Shown here in pieces: positions 29,155-38,115 of a stretch of DNA of 64,000 bases (within the stretch, counting starts at the first letter, position 1; each line of letters opens with the position of its first letter). The stretch is from Lachnospiraceae bacterium. GTDB lineage: Bacteria > Bacillota > Clostridia > Lachnospirales > Lachnospiraceae. The stretch lies in the NCBI GenBank assembly GCA_017624495.1, contig JAGAMY010000005.1:6433-70432 (forward strand), in the 5' to 3' direction. A program made the position numbers and the translations under genes. Below the pieces are notes generated by a model. That model was not told where the DNA came from, searched no databases, and saw only the letters and a program-made list of their open reading frames with translations.

Positions 29155-29944
29155 TCTTGTGAAACAGTACAACGTTGTACAACAGCAGGAAAAAGTTCGT
29201 ATGATTGATTATAACAGTCGGATAGAACAGAAGCTTGTTGAATTGGCAAAAGAACAAAATGGTGGTGTAGAACCGGATGAGTTTCGAAGTCTGAATTCTA
29301 TTACAGAGGAAGTGACTTTAAGAGATCCGGAAGAAATTATTCGTGAAGCTGAAGAAGAGGCAGAACAAATTTTGCGTGAAGCTACAGAACAGGCAGATGT
29401 ACTGGTGAGTTCTGCACAAGAAAGAGCGGATGAAGTCCTGCAACAGGCGCAGGCAGAAGGTCTGCGTGAAGGATATGAAGAGGGCGAAAGACAGGCAAGG
29501 GAAACCTTAGAAAATGAGTATCAGCAGAAAAGGGAAGAGCTTGAACGATTTCGAATAGAATTGCAGGAAGATTATAATCGGGAGATGCATCAGCTTGAAC
29601 CGAAATTATTGGATGTGATTCTTGCCGTAGTGCAAAAAGTGTTTCATATTCAGTTTGACGATAAGAAAGAAATTTTGTTGTATTTAGTTGAAAATGCAAT
29701 AAAAAATATTGAAGGAAGTAAGAACTTTCATATACGGGTAGGGGAAGAGCAAAGGGCTTTTATTGAAAAACATAAAGAGACTATTTTGGATCGTGTTGGA
29801 CATGATATTACCTTAGAAATTCTCTCTGACCCGGCACTGGATAATAACCAGTGTGTGATCGAAACAGATTCAGGAGTGTTTGACTGTAGTCTTGGTGTAC
29901 AGTTGGAGAATCTGATAAAAGATTTAAGATCACTAAGTTCGTGA
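29135..29944 (+). CDS. fliH: Flagellar assembly protein FliH
   Basis: AxxxG(xxxG) repeats, CVIETDSGVFD; lies between fliG and fliI. Start may be TTG 29147. Confidence 0.88.
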   Translation: MTKSLSNLVKQYNVVQQQEKVRMIDYNSRIEQKLVELAKEQNGGVEPDEFRSLNSITEEVTLRDPEEIIREAEEEAEQILREATEQADVLVSSAQERADEVLQQAQAEGLREGYEEGERQARETLENEYQQKREELERFRIELQEDYNREMHQLEPKLLDVILAVVQKVFHIQFDDKKEILLYLVENAIKNIEGSKNFHIRVGEEQRAFIEKHKETILDRVGHDITLEILSDPALDNNQCVIETDSGVFDCSLGVQLENLIKDLRSLSS

Positions 29945-29946
29945 GG

Positions 29947-31266
29947 ATGAGAAACGTGGCATATAATTTTGATAAATATTTACAACTTGCAGAACGTACC
30001 TATTTTAACCGCCTGGGTAAGGTGGTTAAAATCGTGGGACTGACAATTGAATCAGTAGGGCCGGAAGCAAAACTTAACGATTTGTGCCGCATTATCATTG
30101 ATAAAAATAAGGACATTTCCGTAATGGCAGAAGTGGTTGGTTTCCGTGATAATCGTCTACTGCTAATGCCTTACGAAAGTGTGGAAGGCTTAGGAGTTGG
30201 ATGTACTGTAGAAAATACAGGGCATCCTTTATCTGTTTTAGTAGGTGATGAACTCTTAGGACATATGGTGGATGGTATTGGTAGAATTACAGATGGAACT
30301 TCGCTGGAATGGGGAAAAGAATACCCGGTTGAAGCGATGCCGCCAGATCCGATGGAGCGAAAAATTATTGATGAAATATTACCGCTTGGTGTAAAAGCGG
30401 TGGATGGACTAATTACAGTTGGTAAAGGACAGAGAATTGGTATATTTGCCGGTTCTGGTGTTGGTAAAAGTACTTTGATGGGTATGTTTGCCAGAAATAC
30501 CAGAGCAGATATCAATGTGATTGCGTTGATAGGCGAGCGAGGTCGAGAAGTGCGTGAATTTATTGAGCGTGACTTGGGCGAAGAAGGTATGAAGCGTTCG
30601 GTTGTAGTAGTTGCAACATCTGATAAGCCGGCATTGATTCGAAATAAAGCAGCGAAAACCGCAACTGCTATAGCAGAATATTTCCGTGATCAGGGAAAAG
30701 ATGTATTGTTGATGATGGATTCATTGACACGTTTTTCCATGGCACAGCGAGAAATTGGTTTGGCATCCGGTGAGCCGCCGGTTACAAGGGGATATCCGCC
30801 AAGTGTATATTCAGAAATGCCGAAATTATTAGAAAGAGCTGGAACAAAAGAAAAGGGTTCTATTACCGGATTATATACAGTACTTGTAGATGGTGATGAT
30901 ATGAATGAACCGATTACAGATACTGCGAGAAGTATTTTGGATGGACACATTATGCTTTCTAGAAAATTGGGACATAAGAATCATTATCCGGCAATTGATG
31001 TGTTACAGAGTATTTCCCGAGTTATGAGTTCCATTGCAGATGCCGAGCATAAAATGGCGGCGGGAAAATTACGAAATGTACTTGCTACTTATCAGGAAGC
31101 AGAAGATTTGATAAATATAGGTGCTTATAAAAAAGGTTCTAACCCGAATATTGATTATGCTGTATCGAAGATAAATGCTGTGAATGCATTTTTGATGCAA
31201 GGTGTAATGGAGAAGTTTGAACTAGAAGAAGAAGAAAAAATGTTAAAAGCACTTTTTGCAGAATAG
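29947..31266 (+). CDS. fliI: Flagellar export ATPase FliI
   Basis: GQRIGIFAGSGVGKST, LIGERGREV, DSLTRF, GEPP..RGYPPS. Exact start uncertain (29941-29956). Confidence 0.97.
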   Translation: MRNVAYNFDKYLQLAERTYFNRLGKVVKIVGLTIESVGPEAKLNDLCRIIIDKNKDISVMAEVVGFRDNRLLLMPYESVEGLGVGCTVENTGHPLSVLVGDELLGHMVDGIGRITDGTSLEWGKEYPVEAMPPDPMERKIIDEILPLGVKAVDGLITVGKGQRIGIFAGSGVGKSTLMGMFARNTRADINVIALIGERGREVREFIERDLGEEGMKRSVVVVATSDKPALIRNKAAKTATAIAEYFRDQGKDVLLMMDSLTRFSMAQREIGLASGEPPVTRGYPPSVYSEMPKLLERAGTKEKGSITGLYTVLVDGDDMNEPITDTARSILDGHIMLSRKLGHKNHYPAIDVLQSISRVMSSIADAEHKMAAGKLRNVLATYQEAEDLINIGAYKKGSNPNIDYAVSKINAVNAFLMQGVMEKFELEEEEKMLKALFAE

Positions 31267-31287
31267 TTTCAAGGCAGGGTGAAAGAT

Positions 31288-31737
31288 ATGGCAAAATTCC
31301 AATATAAACTGCAAAGTATTCTGGATATAAAAGAGAAATTGGAAAGTCAGGAGAAAATTGCATATGGACAGGCTGCGGCGAAGCTTTTAGAAGAACAGGA
31401 AAAATTGCAGAAACTGATGATTCAGAAAGCCGGATATGATAAAAAAGCAAGGAAACTTGTGGAGGGCAGTATAGATATTTTGGAAATAAATACCTGTCGA
31501 AAAGCTATTGAAACGATGAAAACGCATATTCGTACGCAGATGATTGAGGTACATAAGGCGGAACAGCAATTAGATATCGTAAGAAAACGTTTAAATCAGG
31601 TGATGATAGAACGAAAAACCTACGAAAAGCTGCGGGAGAAGAAGTTTGATGAATTTAAACAGGAATTGCTGTATGAGGAGAAAAAGGAAGTAGATGAACT
31701 TGTAAGTTATACTTACGGTGAGAATAAAGAAAGTTAA
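31288..31737 (+). CDS. fliJ: Flagellar export protein FliJ
   Basis: MAKFQYKLQSIL..., ERKTYEKL, E.KEVDE; follows fliI. Confidence 0.9.
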   Translation: MAKFQYKLQSILDIKEKLESQEKIAYGQAAAKLLEEQEKLQKLMIQKAGYDKKARKLVEGSIDILEINTCRKAIETMKTHIRTQMIEVHKAEQQLDIVRKRLNQVMIERKTYEKLREKKFDEFKQELLYEEKKEVDELVSYTYGENKES

Positions 31738-31751
31738 TAGGTGGTGGCAAC

Positions 31752-32660
31752 ATGGCAGAATTTAATGGTAATATGCCAGAAGAGGAAATGGATAAAAAAG
31801 CAGCAAAACGTGCGGCAAAACTGGCAAAGAAAGAAGAAAAATTAAGAAAACAGGAAGAAAAACGCCGTATGAAATTAGAACAGGCAGGAGCAACACCTGA
31901 AGAAATTGATAAGGCGATGAGTTATAATTCTGAATATGAAGAGGAAGGCGGCAGTCGTCTGGCAGTTTTTTTTGTGACGGTAGTTATTATAGCTGTCTGG
32001 CTTGCGATACTTGCGTTGGTAATAAAAATGGATGTAGGAGGCTTTGGTTCTACCGTGCTTCATCCATTGCTAAAAGATGTTCCTTATATTAATCGAATTC
32101 TTCCGGAAGTGGAAGAAGAAATTACGCCTGAAGTAGTGAATACGGAGTATCCATATGCTACAATAGAAGAGGCAGTAGCCAGAATAAAAGAATTAGAGGT
32201 TGCACTTCAAAATGAAAAAAATGCAGTTGCTGAAGGTCAGAATAAAATATCAGAGCTGCAGGAATTAGCGGTACAGTTAGAGGCTTATAAGGCAAATGAA
32301 GCTGCATTTGAAGAAATGAAGCAAAAATTCGATGAAGAGGTTGTGTTTGCAGAGCAGGCACCGGATATTGAAGAATATAAGGCTTATTATGAGAGTATCG
32401 ACCCTGCTAATGCGGAAGCAATCTACAAACGAGTGGTGGAACAGCAGGAGTATGATGAGGAATTGGTAGAATATGTAAATATATATTCTTCTATGAAACC
32501 AAAACAGGCAGCAGCTATTTTTGATACAATGACAGATGACTTAAAACTTGTGGCAGAAATATTATTGGCAATGGATGCCGATTCAAGTTCCGATATTCTG
32601 GGGGCAATGAATACAGAAACAGCAGCAAAGCTGACAAAAATCATGGAGCCCTCTGAATAA
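31752..32660 (+). CDS. YlxF/MotE/FlbB-like flagellar protein (TM, coiled coil, MgtE-N-like C-terminus)
   Basis: YESIDPANA, IYSSMKPKQAAAIF, ILGAMNTETAAKLT; lies between fliJ and fliK. Confidence 0.75.
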   Translation: MAEFNGNMPEEEMDKKAAKRAAKLAKKEEKLRKQEEKRRMKLEQAGATPEEIDKAMSYNSEYEEEGGSRLAVFFVTVVIIAVWLAILALVIKMDVGGFGSTVLHPLLKDVPYINRILPEVEEEITPEVVNTEYPYATIEEAVARIKELEVALQNEKNAVAEGQNKISELQELAVQLEAYKANEAAFEEMKQKFDEEVVFAEQAPDIEEYKAYYESIDPANAEAIYKRVVEQQEYDEELVEYVNIYSSMKPKQAAAIFDTMTDDLKLVAEILLAMDADSSSDILGAMNTETAAKLTKIMEPSE

Positions 32661-32698
32661 ATAAATTTTTTTATAAAAAATGAAAGGAGGCGAAGGAA

Positions 32699-34162
32699 AT
32701 GAACAGTATTTCAGGAATTGCAAAATCAATGCTTCAGATGCGGTCAGGAATGACAACAGAAGATGTATCAAAAGAAATGGAAGAAAGTATGACTGTAAGT
32801 TTTATGGAGCTTATGAATCAGAACAATTTTTCCGGAAACGTGCAGGTGGCTTCAGAATCTGCTGATATGGAAATTTCTTCGGTTACATCTGATGATGTGA
32901 AAAGTGCTTATGACTCCGCAGCTTCTTCTAAAAAAGAAGTGTCTGTAAAGAAAGAAACAAGTGTTACAGAAAAACGTGATGAAGCATCAGAATCTTTGGA
33001 TGCATATGAAGAAGAGGTTCGTGAAGTATTGAAGGAAGAACTTGGTGTGACCGATGAGGAAATCGATCAGGCAATGCATAGCCTTGGATTGGAATTTTAT
33101 GATTTGGTTAATACCAAAAATCTCACATCATTGGTTCAGGCACTTACAGGAGAGGATATTGGTACTCTGTTTTTAAGTGATGCATTTCGTAACATTATGA
33201 GTGAGGTGTCTGCATTGACGGATTCACTTTGCACAGAATTAGGTATGACAAAAGAAGAATTGCTTGCGCTGTGTGAAGAATGGAAACAGATGTCAGGTGT
33301 TGATGAAAAAAATAGTCTTGCAGAAGATGCTTCTGAAGCTATGATTTCTGAGGGAGAAAAGTCAGAATCTAAACAGGCACAAAACGTAAATGCAGAGGAA
33401 TATCTGACAGAAGAAAATGTAGCACAGAATACAGAAATTCTAGAGGAAACTGTTGATGGCAAGAAGAATGTTTTGACAGAAGGCGAAATGGAAACAGCGG
33501 AAGCAGAAATTACAGAAACTGTTGAAATGACAACGTCAAAAACAGAGAGTTTCTCACAGGGAAGCGACCAGTCATTTGCGGGAAATTCACAGAATAATGG
33601 CGCAAATGCAGGTTTTGCAGCAACAAACCAACAGATGATACAAAATGGTGAATTTGTTGTTCCACAGGAAAATCTTCAGCCATATACACAGGTAAATGTG
33701 GCAGATTTGATTGACCAGGTGGCAAGAAATGTCCGCGTACATATTTCATCTCAGATGACTTCAATGGAAATGCAGTTAAATCCAGAGCATTTAGGAAAAC
33801 TGTATTTACAGGTTTCTGAATCAGAAGGCGTTATTCGTGCGCAGATTACAGCACAGAATGAAGTGGTTAAAGAAGCATTAGAAACACAGCTTGTAGAATT
33901 AAGACAGACACTGCATCAGCAGGGTGTGAGAGTTGAAGCTATTGAGGTAACTGTGGCAACGCATGAATTTGAGCAGAATTTAGAAGGAAATGCAAAGCAG
34001 GAAGAACAGTTACAGGATCAGATGGAAGAAGCGAAAAAGCAGACAAGAAGAAATATAAACATGAATGAGCTGGATGGATTGACAGGTTTAATGTCTGAAG
34101 AGGAAGCACTTGTGGCAAAAATCATGAAGGACAATGGAAATCAGGTTGATTTGACAGCTTAG
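32699..34162 (+). CDS. fliK: Flagellar hook-length control protein FliK
   Basis: Acidic low-complexity body; C-terminal MQLNPEHLGKL, VKEALETQL.ELR..L..QG. Confidence 0.9.
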   Translation: MNSISGIAKSMLQMRSGMTTEDVSKEMEESMTVSFMELMNQNNFSGNVQVASESADMEISSVTSDDVKSAYDSAASSKKEVSVKKETSVTEKRDEASESLDAYEEEVREVLKEELGVTDEEIDQAMHSLGLEFYDLVNTKNLTSLVQALTGEDIGTLFLSDAFRNIMSEVSALTDSLCTELGMTKEELLALCEEWKQMSGVDEKNSLAEDASEAMISEGEKSESKQAQNVNAEEYLTEENVAQNTEILEETVDGKKNVLTEGEMETAEAEITETVEMTTSKTESFSQGSDQSFAGNSQNNGANAGFAATNQQMIQNGEFVVPQENLQPYTQVNVADLIDQVARNVRVHISSQMTSMEMQLNPEHLGKLYLQVSESEGVIRAQITAQNEVVKEALETQLVELRQTLHQQGVRVEAIEVTVATHEFEQNLEGNAKQEEQLQDQMEEAKKQTRRNINMNELDGLTGLMSEEEALVAKIMKDNGNQVDLTA

Positions 34163-34175
34163 GAAAGGAGAAAAT

Positions 34176-34835
34176 ATGGCAACAGCAATTGTACAGAATG
34201 GTAAGATTGTAGACAGTAGTGCATCAGCAACTTCATCCTCTACAAGTTCAACGAAAGCTGCTTCAAGTGCAACATCCGGTTTGGATAAAGAAGCGTTTTT
34301 ACAGCTTTTAGTAGCACAGATGCAGTATCAGGACCCGCTTGAACCGACAGATAATACAGAATATATTGCCCAGTTAGCAACTTTCTCACAGTTAGAAGCG
34401 ACACAGAATCTTGCGGATACAATTACGCAGGACATGGGAAATAATATCGTAGGAAAATACGTTATTTTAGATGTAGATGGTGTGAATGTCAGCGGAAAAG
34501 TGGATTATGTTATGTATGAAAATGGTGAAGCATTTATCGCAGTTAATGATGGTTTGTATTCATTAGCAGATTTAGATACAGTTGCAGATCCAGACTATTA
34601 TGAAGCCGTTGAAATGGCGAATATGTTTTCAACCATGGTTGCGAAACTTCCGGCTGTCGGTGATGTTACAGCTGCAAATGCAGAAGATATTAAAAATGCA
34701 AGAGCGGTATTTGATGCAATGTCATCATATCAGCAGAGTTTTGTTAGTGTGGCAGATTACGAAAAATTAAAAGCTTTAGAAGAGAAGATTGCGACACTTA
34801 CAGGCGGTGGTTCATCAGAAACAACGGATGGCTAA
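34176..34835 (+). CDS. flgD: Flagellar hook capping protein FlgD
   Basis: LDKEAFLQLLVAQMQYQDPLEP.DNTEYIAQLATFSQLE. Confidence 0.95.
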   Translation: MATAIVQNGKIVDSSASATSSSTSSTKAASSATSGLDKEAFLQLLVAQMQYQDPLEPTDNTEYIAQLATFSQLEATQNLADTITQDMGNNIVGKYVILDVDGVNVSGKVDYVMYENGEAFIAVNDGLYSLADLDTVADPDYYEAVEMANMFSTMVAKLPAVGDVTAANAEDIKNARAVFDAMSSYQQSFVSVADYEKLKALEEKIATLTGGGSSETTDG

Positions 34836-34852
34836 AAAATAAAGAGGTAGGT

Positions 34853-35245
34853 ATGGATAAAATTACTAACCGTTTATCCATTGAGCAGGTTGCCGGGCAA
34901 TATCTGAATACTGCCAAGGTACATTCTGCAAAGACAGAAAGTACGGTATCCTTTGAAGATATATTAAAGGGAAAACGAGCAGAACAGTCATCCGGGTTGA
35001 AATTTTCCAAGCATGCATCCATGCGCTTAGAAGAAAGAAACATCAGCCTGACAGAGGAACAAAATAAACGTCTGCAAAATGGTGTTGAAAAAGCGGATGA
35101 AAAAGGTATCAGAGAATCCCTTGTAATGGTAGATTCGTTAGCCTTTATTGTGAATGTTCCAAGTAAAACCGTTGTAACCGCAATGGATCAGACAGAAACA
35201 CAGGATAATATATTTACAAATATTGATGGCGCTGTCATTATGTAG
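34853..35245 (+). CDS. TIGR02530-type flagellar operon protein of unknown function
   Basis: LKFSKHASMRLEERNI, KGIRESLV, IVNVPSKTVVTAMD, NIFTNIDGAVI; lies between flgD and flgE. Confidence 0.88.
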   Translation: MDKITNRLSIEQVAGQYLNTAKVHSAKTESTVSFEDILKGKRAEQSSGLKFSKHASMRLEERNISLTEEQNKRLQNGVEKADEKGIRESLVMVDSLAFIVNVPSKTVVTAMDQTETQDNIFTNIDGAVIM

Positions 35246-35315
35246 CTGGACCTTAAGGGAGCGAAAGCCTTTGACTGACAGATAAGGCGGACAGGCCAAA
35301 AGAAAAATAGGAGGT
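35244..35315 (+). other. Candidate structured cis-regulatory RNA element 5' of flgE
   Basis: GC-richer than neighbouring spacers; GCT-GGA-CC-TTAA-GG-GAGCGAA-AGC, then GCCTT-(TGACTGACAGAT)-AAGGC; several GGA motifs before the RBS. Confidence 0.4.
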
Positions 35316-35324
35316 CATTTCATT

Positions 35325-37070
35325 ATGATGAGATCATTATTCTCTGCTGTGTCAGGTCTTAAGACACATCAGACAAAGATGGACGTTATCGGTAATAACG
35401 TAGCGAATGTAAATACAGTTGCATTCAAATCTTCAACAACAACATTTAGTGAACTTATGTACCAGACAATTTCAAATGCATCCGGTGCAAATGCAGCCAC
35501 AGGAAAAGGTGGTGTGAATGCAAAGCAGATTGGTCTTGGTGTTACCATGGGTGCTACCAAAATTACAATCAATTCTTCCGGTGCAGCTGAAACAACAGGA
35601 GATCCTTTTGATATTCGTTTAACGGATGCGAATTCTACAAACTTCTTTGTTGTAAGTACAGGTACAGAGAATCTCTTTACCAGAGCAGGTTCTTTCTATG
35701 TGGATGGAGCAGGAAATCTTTGTATGACATCTACAGGATATACAGTTATGGGCTGGCAGGTGGATGAAGCTACCGGCGATATTAAAAAGGATACCGTATC
35801 TGCATTGCAGATTATGTCTGAAAAGAATATGACATCTGCACCGGAAGCTACAACAATGGCAACAGTAGCCGGTGTAATGGATAAAAATGACAGCAACATT
35901 GGCGGCGATGATGGATATGCCATGAACTTAAACTTCTTTGATAAGTTAGGCTATTCTTATACAGCAAAATTTGCAGTAAAATTAGAGGACGCTGATACAG
36001 AAACCTATACGGTAGAACTTACAGATATTTTAGATTCAGAAAATAAATCTGTATTAAATCAGTATCTTAGCACTGGTGGAACAACATCTGATGTGTTTGG
36101 TAAAGATACAACTGCTAAAAAGACTTATCCGATTGCAGAAGAGGGAATTTATTACACATCTACAGGTATTGGACAGTCTGTTCCAGCCGGAAGCTACTAC
36201 TACTCATTCCAGAACTATACACCTGGAACGGGTATTGAGTTTACAGATTATGCAATTGTAACACCAAATTTCCAGCAGAATACATATACAATTGCACAGC
36301 ATACTGTCTATGAAACTGCACAGGATGCAGTAGACGGTGTGGCAAAAACTGTTCCGGAGCAGACTGGAGAAGTTACAGAGTTGTTTGGAATCACAAGATC
36401 ACAGTTAGGTGCATATGGTGCAACCGGTGATGTAACAGGTTCTATTAATACAACAACAGGTGCATATGTATATCAGGAACCGGCTGTAAATTATACATTA
36501 AAATTTAATGCAGATGATGGAACGTTCTCCTATATTGGAGCAGAAGGTGCTGATACGGTTACTTTAAATCTTTCCGATACTTTAGGTGGTAATTTTGAAG
36601 ATATCGAAATTGATTTCTCTACCTGTAAAGCAGCAGATAATGCAGGTAAAACCACATTAGGTGCTGACCCTGGTATTGAAAATGGTTCAATCGGAAAAGG
36701 TAAAGCGTTAGGAGCAATGACGGGAATTACTATTAATAATAATGGTAAAATTTATGGCTCCTATGACAACGGTAACACAGTATTGCTTGGACAGATTGCT
36801 GTTGCACAGTTTGCAAATGCATCAGGTCTTGAAAAAGTAGGCGAAAACTGCTATACAACTACACTAAACTCTGGTGATTTTGATGGAATTGGTGTAGAAA
36901 TTGCCGCAGACGGAAGCAGCATGACAACCGGTGAATTAGAAATGTCAAACGTAGACCTTTCAACAGAGTTTACACAGATGATTATTACACAGAGAGGTTT
37001 CCAGTCTAATTCACGAGTGATTACAACTTCTGATACACTGTTAGAGGAATTGATTAACTTGAAACGTTAA
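35325..37070 (+). CDS. flgE: Flagellar hook protein FlgE (long form)
   Basis: MMRSLFSAVSGL...MDVIGNNVANVNT.AFK, TRAGSF..D..G, LEMSNVDLSTEFT.MI..QRGFQ.NSRVITTSD..LEELINLKR. Confidence 0.96.
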   Translation: MMRSLFSAVSGLKTHQTKMDVIGNNVANVNTVAFKSSTTTFSELMYQTISNASGANAATGKGGVNAKQIGLGVTMGATKITINSSGAAETTGDPFDIRLTDANSTNFFVVSTGTENLFTRAGSFYVDGAGNLCMTSTGYTVMGWQVDEATGDIKKDTVSALQIMSEKNMTSAPEATTMATVAGVMDKNDSNIGGDDGYAMNLNFFDKLGYSYTAKFAVKLEDADTETYTVELTDILDSENKSVLNQYLSTGGTTSDVFGKDTTAKKTYPIAEEGIYYTSTGIGQSVPAGSYYYSFQNYTPGTGIEFTDYAIVTPNFQQNTYTIAQHTVYETAQDAVDGVAKTVPEQTGEVTELFGITRSQLGAYGATGDVTGSINTTTGAYVYQEPAVNYTLKFNADDGTFSYIGAEGADTVTLNLSDTLGGNFEDIEIDFSTCKAADNAGKTTLGADPGIENGSIGKGKALGAMTGITINNNGKIYGSYDNGNTVLLGQIAVAQFANASGLEKVGENCYTTTLNSGDFDGIGVEIAADGSSMTTGELEMSNVDLSTEFTQMIITQRGFQSNSRVITTSDTLLEELINLKR

Positions 37071-37120
37071 TAAATTTTAGGGTGTGTATATTCCATATTA
37101 GCACAAGATATGGTGTTTAT

Positions 37121-37163
37121 TGTGCATGATTTAGGAATAAAGCACTAAATCATGCACATTTTT
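37121..37163 (+). terminator. Strong intrinsic terminator after flgE
   Basis: Perfect 14-bp stem TGTGCATGATTTAG / CTAAATCATGCACA followed by TTTTT. Confidence 0.75.
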
Positions 37164-37216
37164 GGAAGAAAAGACAAAAAAACTTGTCGTTTATGAAAAA
37201 TATTTTAAGAAGTTTG

Positions 37217-37245
37217 TAGACAAGAGTGTGAAAATTTAGTAAACT
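37217..37245 (+). promoter_or_regulatory. Putative internal sigma-A promoter for motA onward
   Basis: TAGACA-17bp-TAAACT. Confidence 0.4.
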
Positions 37246-37326
37246 AATTTAAGAGGTTTTTGATTATCGATACCAAAAAAGAATGCTGAAATAGTCAGCG
37301 AAAAAAATAATGGGCAGGTGAGAGTA

Positions 37327-38115
37327 TTGGATATAGCATCATTGGTGGGAATAATTTTAGGATTTGGCATGTTCGTATTTGGTATTTTATCAAGTGGCGC
37401 AAGCTTTATGGACTATGTCGATATTCCTTCATTAATCATTACTTTCGGAGGTTCAATTGCGGGTGTAATTGCTTCGTTTAAGTTACAAGACCTTATTACA
37501 GGATTTAAAGGTTTTACGATTGCTTTTAAGGATAAAGTAGAAGATCCGGGAAAAGTAATCACAAGTATTATTGATTTATCTAATATAGCAAGAAAAGAAG
37601 GGCTTCTTGCTTTGGAAGAAGCTTCGAATGATATAGAAGATCCTTTTTTGAAAAAAGGAATTATGTTGGTAGTAGATGGTACCGACCCCGAGCTGGTAAG
37701 GGGAATTCTTGAAACAGAATTGACATGCTTGGAAAGCCGTCACAAAAAAGTAATTGCTGTTTGGGAAAAATGGGCTGAATTAGGTCCTGCATGGGGTATG
37801 ATTGGTACATTGGTTGGTCTGGTAAATATGTTAAACAACTTAGATGATGCCTCTACAATTGGACCGGCTATGGCGGTAGCTATCCTTACAACATTGTATG
37901 GTTCATTGATTGCAAACTGGCTGTGTGGACCGACAGCAAATAAATTGAATGTCAATAATGATATGGAAATGATGATGAAAGATATTATGGTAGAAGGTCT
38001 TTTGTCTATTCAGGCGGGAGAAAATCCTCGTGTTATTGAAGAAAAGCTTAAGTCATTCTTATCACCATCCGTTCGTGACGGTGTTGGTATGGATGCTGGC
38101 GGAGGTGAGGCATAG
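37327..38115 (+). CDS. motA: Flagellar stator A subunit (MotA/PomA/MotP)
   Basis: ARKEGLLALE, PAWGMIGTLVGLV.ML, GPAMAVAILTTLYG, GENPR.IEEKL. Confidence 0.95.
   Translation: MDIASLVGIILGFGMFVFGILSSGASFMDYVDIPSLIITFGGSIAGVIASFKLQDLITGFKGFTIAFKDKVEDPGKVITSIIDLSNIARKEGLLALEEASNDIEDPFLKKGIMLVVDGTDPELVRGILETELTCLESRHKKVIAVWEKWAELGPAWGMIGTLVGLVNMLNNLDDASTIGPAMAVAILTTLYGSLIANWLCGPTANKLNVNNDMEMMMKDIMVEGLLSIQAGENPRVIEEKLKSFLSPSVRDGVGMDAGGGEA

Noticed and set aside
37245-37273. sigma-28 promoter before motA (ATCGATAC)
   Set aside because: The -10 is only a partial match and no TAAA lies at the correct spacing; a sigma-A-like pair fits better.
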